64,000 nucleotides of DNA from Neptuniibacter sp. (lineage in GTDB: Bacteria > Pseudomonadota > Gammaproteobacteria > Pseudomonadales > Balneatricaceae). Both the position numbers and the translations under genes were made by a program. Position 1 is the first letter of the stretch. Each line of letters starts with the position of its first letter. Shown here piece by piece: positions 62,597 to 64,000 of the stretch. The notes beneath the pieces were generated by a model. It was given only the letters and a program-made list of their open reading frames with translations. It ran no database searches and was not told the DNA's origin. Location: positions 11,935 through 75,934 of the forward strand of contig JBMYLM010000005.1 of assembly GCA_049596335.1 (NCBI GenBank), in the 5' to 3' direction.

Positions 62597-63847
62597 ATGA
62601 ACACTTCCAACACAACTCAGTCGAATGATGAGATTGACCTTTTCCAATTAATAGAAACCCTATGGAAAGAAAGACTCTTCATCGGGATTATTACACTAGT
62701 ATTTTCCCTAATCGGTTTAGTTTTCGCCTTTACCACCCCACCAGTATATCGAGCATCCACAAACCTTATTCCTCTCCAGCCCGAAACTCAAAAGAGACTC
62801 GAGCAGCTATCTCTCTATTCATCAATCGCCCCAAACACTCCTCTAAGCGAGTATTTGCAACTGCTCAATAGCAGCGATATTAAAGAAGCGTTTATTCAGG
62901 AAGCGAAGCCAGAGACCCGTAAAGAGATATATGTAAGCAAAGACAATAATATCAATATCGAAACACTTTCCTCTAACCTGAATATCACTAACAACCAAGA
63001 CAAGAAGAAACCGCAGGTTATATTCCCTTTCACAATCAGCATGAATGCACCCAGCAAATCTCTCGCAGAGAAAGAGCTAAACCGCTATTTAGATTTTGCT
63101 GCTTTAAACTTACAAGAAATATATAACGCTCGATACAAGAAACTACGCCTGCTTGAAGTTAATAAATTAGAAAGAGCATATAAGCTAGAAAACAGCCAAG
63201 CGGAATCACTTCGAAATAATGAAATCACACGACTAGAAGAGACGTACCGCTTTGCCCAGAAAGAAACACAACTTAAGCTTAATATTGCGATTGATGCTGC
63301 AAAAAAGAGGCATATTGATCGTATCGAAAACCTATCTGAAGCACTGCTTACTGCAAGTCATTTAAAAATTACCGAGCCTCTCAGTTTAAGTAAAATGACC
63401 AGTCGTAACTCTGAGATATCTGTTGATGTAAACAATAAAAATGACCTTCTCTACCTCAGAGGCACTAAGCTCTTATCAGCAGAATTGAAACAACTGAAGA
63501 GCAACAATAAAGGCTACAGCCTCACGAACGATATTATCGACCTGGAAGGCCAACTAACCAAACTCAAAGTTAATTACAAGATCGAACAATTGAAAAATCG
63601 TAAAGATGACTTGGCCTTTAGCGAGCCCCTCCAAGAAATCAAAGCTAAGCTAATTAGGCTTGAGTCCGAGGTATATCCTGATATTGAACTGCAGTTTGCT
63701 CATGGCGCAGCAAAAGCCACCCCTTATCGTCTCAAACCAAAGAGATCGTTAATTGTGGTACTGGCTACAGTAATAGGTGGAATAATCGGCATCCTTTCTG
63801 CCTTAATCCGATCATCCATTCGCAATAGAAAAACTACTAAAGCTTAA
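62597..63847 (+). CDS. wzz: Polysaccharide co-polymerase / O-antigen chain-length determinant (Wzz family, PCP-1)
   Basis: N-terminal Wzz motif (IDLFQLIETLWKERLFIGIITLVFSLIGLVFAFTTPPVYRAS), a long coiled-coil periplasmic region and a C-terminal TM (PKRSLIVVLATVIGGIIGILSALI). Start set at ATG 62597, with AAGGAAAG upstream. Confidence 0.8.
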   Translation: MNTSNTTQSNDEIDLFQLIETLWKERLFIGIITLVFSLIGLVFAFTTPPVYRASTNLIPLQPETQKRLEQLSLYSSIAPNTPLSEYLQLLNSSDIKEAFIQEAKPETRKEIYVSKDNNINIETLSSNLNITNNQDKKKPQVIFPFTISMNAPSKSLAEKELNRYLDFAALNLQEIYNARYKKLRLLEVNKLERAYKLENSQAESLRNNEITRLEETYRFAQKETQLKLNIAIDAAKKRHIDRIENLSEALLTASHLKITEPLSLSKMTSRNSEISVDVNNKNDLLYLRGTKLLSAELKQLKSNNKGYSLTNDIIDLEGQLTKLKVNYKIEQLKNRKDDLAFSEPLQEIKAKLIRLESEVYPDIELQFAHGAAKATPYRLKPKRSLIVVLATVIGGIIGILSALIRSSIRNRKTTKA

Positions 63848-63852
63848 GAAGA

Positions 63853-63884
63853 ATTTAGGCGAGGCGCCTCTGCCTCGCCTAAAT
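63853..63884. terminator. Bidirectional hairpin between convergent genes
   Basis: ATTTAGGCGAGG-cgcctctg-CCTCGCCTAAAT, a 12-bp stem with A/T-rich arm ends. Confidence 0.65.
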
Positions 63885-63889
63885 GGAGC

Positions 63890-64000
63890 TCAATGCAAAG
63901 AATTTCTTTCTACTGTGTCAACCTGCTCTTCACGCATCCAATCAACCACTGGGGATGAAGGTTTAAAACCAGATATAGCCAGTTCAAGTAATCCCCGAAC
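63890..64000 (-). CDS. 3' end of an unidentified gene entering from the right edge
   Basis: An open frame runs from the window edge to TGA at 63892-63890 (...VRGLLELAISGFKPSSPVVDWMREEQVDTVERNSLH*). It is too short to assign. Confidence 0.35.
   Translation of the reverse strand, partial: VRGLLELAISGFKPSSPVVDWMREEQVDTVERNSLH

Noticed and set aside
62407-62613. A 68-aa minus-strand ORF overlapping the tRNA gene.
   Set aside because: It overlaps a well-folding tRNA and the leader of wzz, has no ribosome-binding site and appears to be an artefact of the tRNA sequence.

Overview
This window looks like ordinary core chromosome from a gammaproteobacterium. The gene order resembles Pseudomonas/Oceanospirillales-type genomes, but that taxonomic guess is inference only. 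It holds about 65 protein genes, one tRNA, no rRNA, no CRISPR and no recognisable transposase or phage gene. Conserved blocks, left to right: the isc Fe-S operon (iscR-iscS-iscU-iscA-hscB') with trmJ/suhB; purA-hisZ-DUF2065-hflC-hflK-hflX-hfq-miaA-mutL-amiB-tsaE-nnr (all minus strand); queG, orn, rsgA, psd, ygfZ, ung, lysS-prfB, fldB, gloA; gph-rpe; djlA-murU-amgK divergent from lptD-surA-pdxA-rsmA-apaG-apaH-glpE-cca; the folate genes folM-like/folK/folB; plsY, tsaD; and rpsU-yqeY-dnaG-rpoD followed by a CAU-anticodon tRNA. The accessory content is mostly signalling: three GGDEF-type c-di-GMP genes and one HDOD protein lie between 20 and 37 kb. I found no convincing new multi-gene system. The observations most worth a second look are: (1) a C9 homopolymer that splits a transmembrane GGEEF diguanylate cyclase into two reading frames; (2) a ~245-bp intergenic element upstream of prfB with nested inverted repeats; (3) a composition break just after the tRNA, where an AT-rich Wzz-type polysaccharide gene begins and may mark an island edge; (4) a prfB gene without the usual programmed +1 frameshift site. 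All product calls come from my recognition of motifs in the supplied translations and from synteny. No database search was run.
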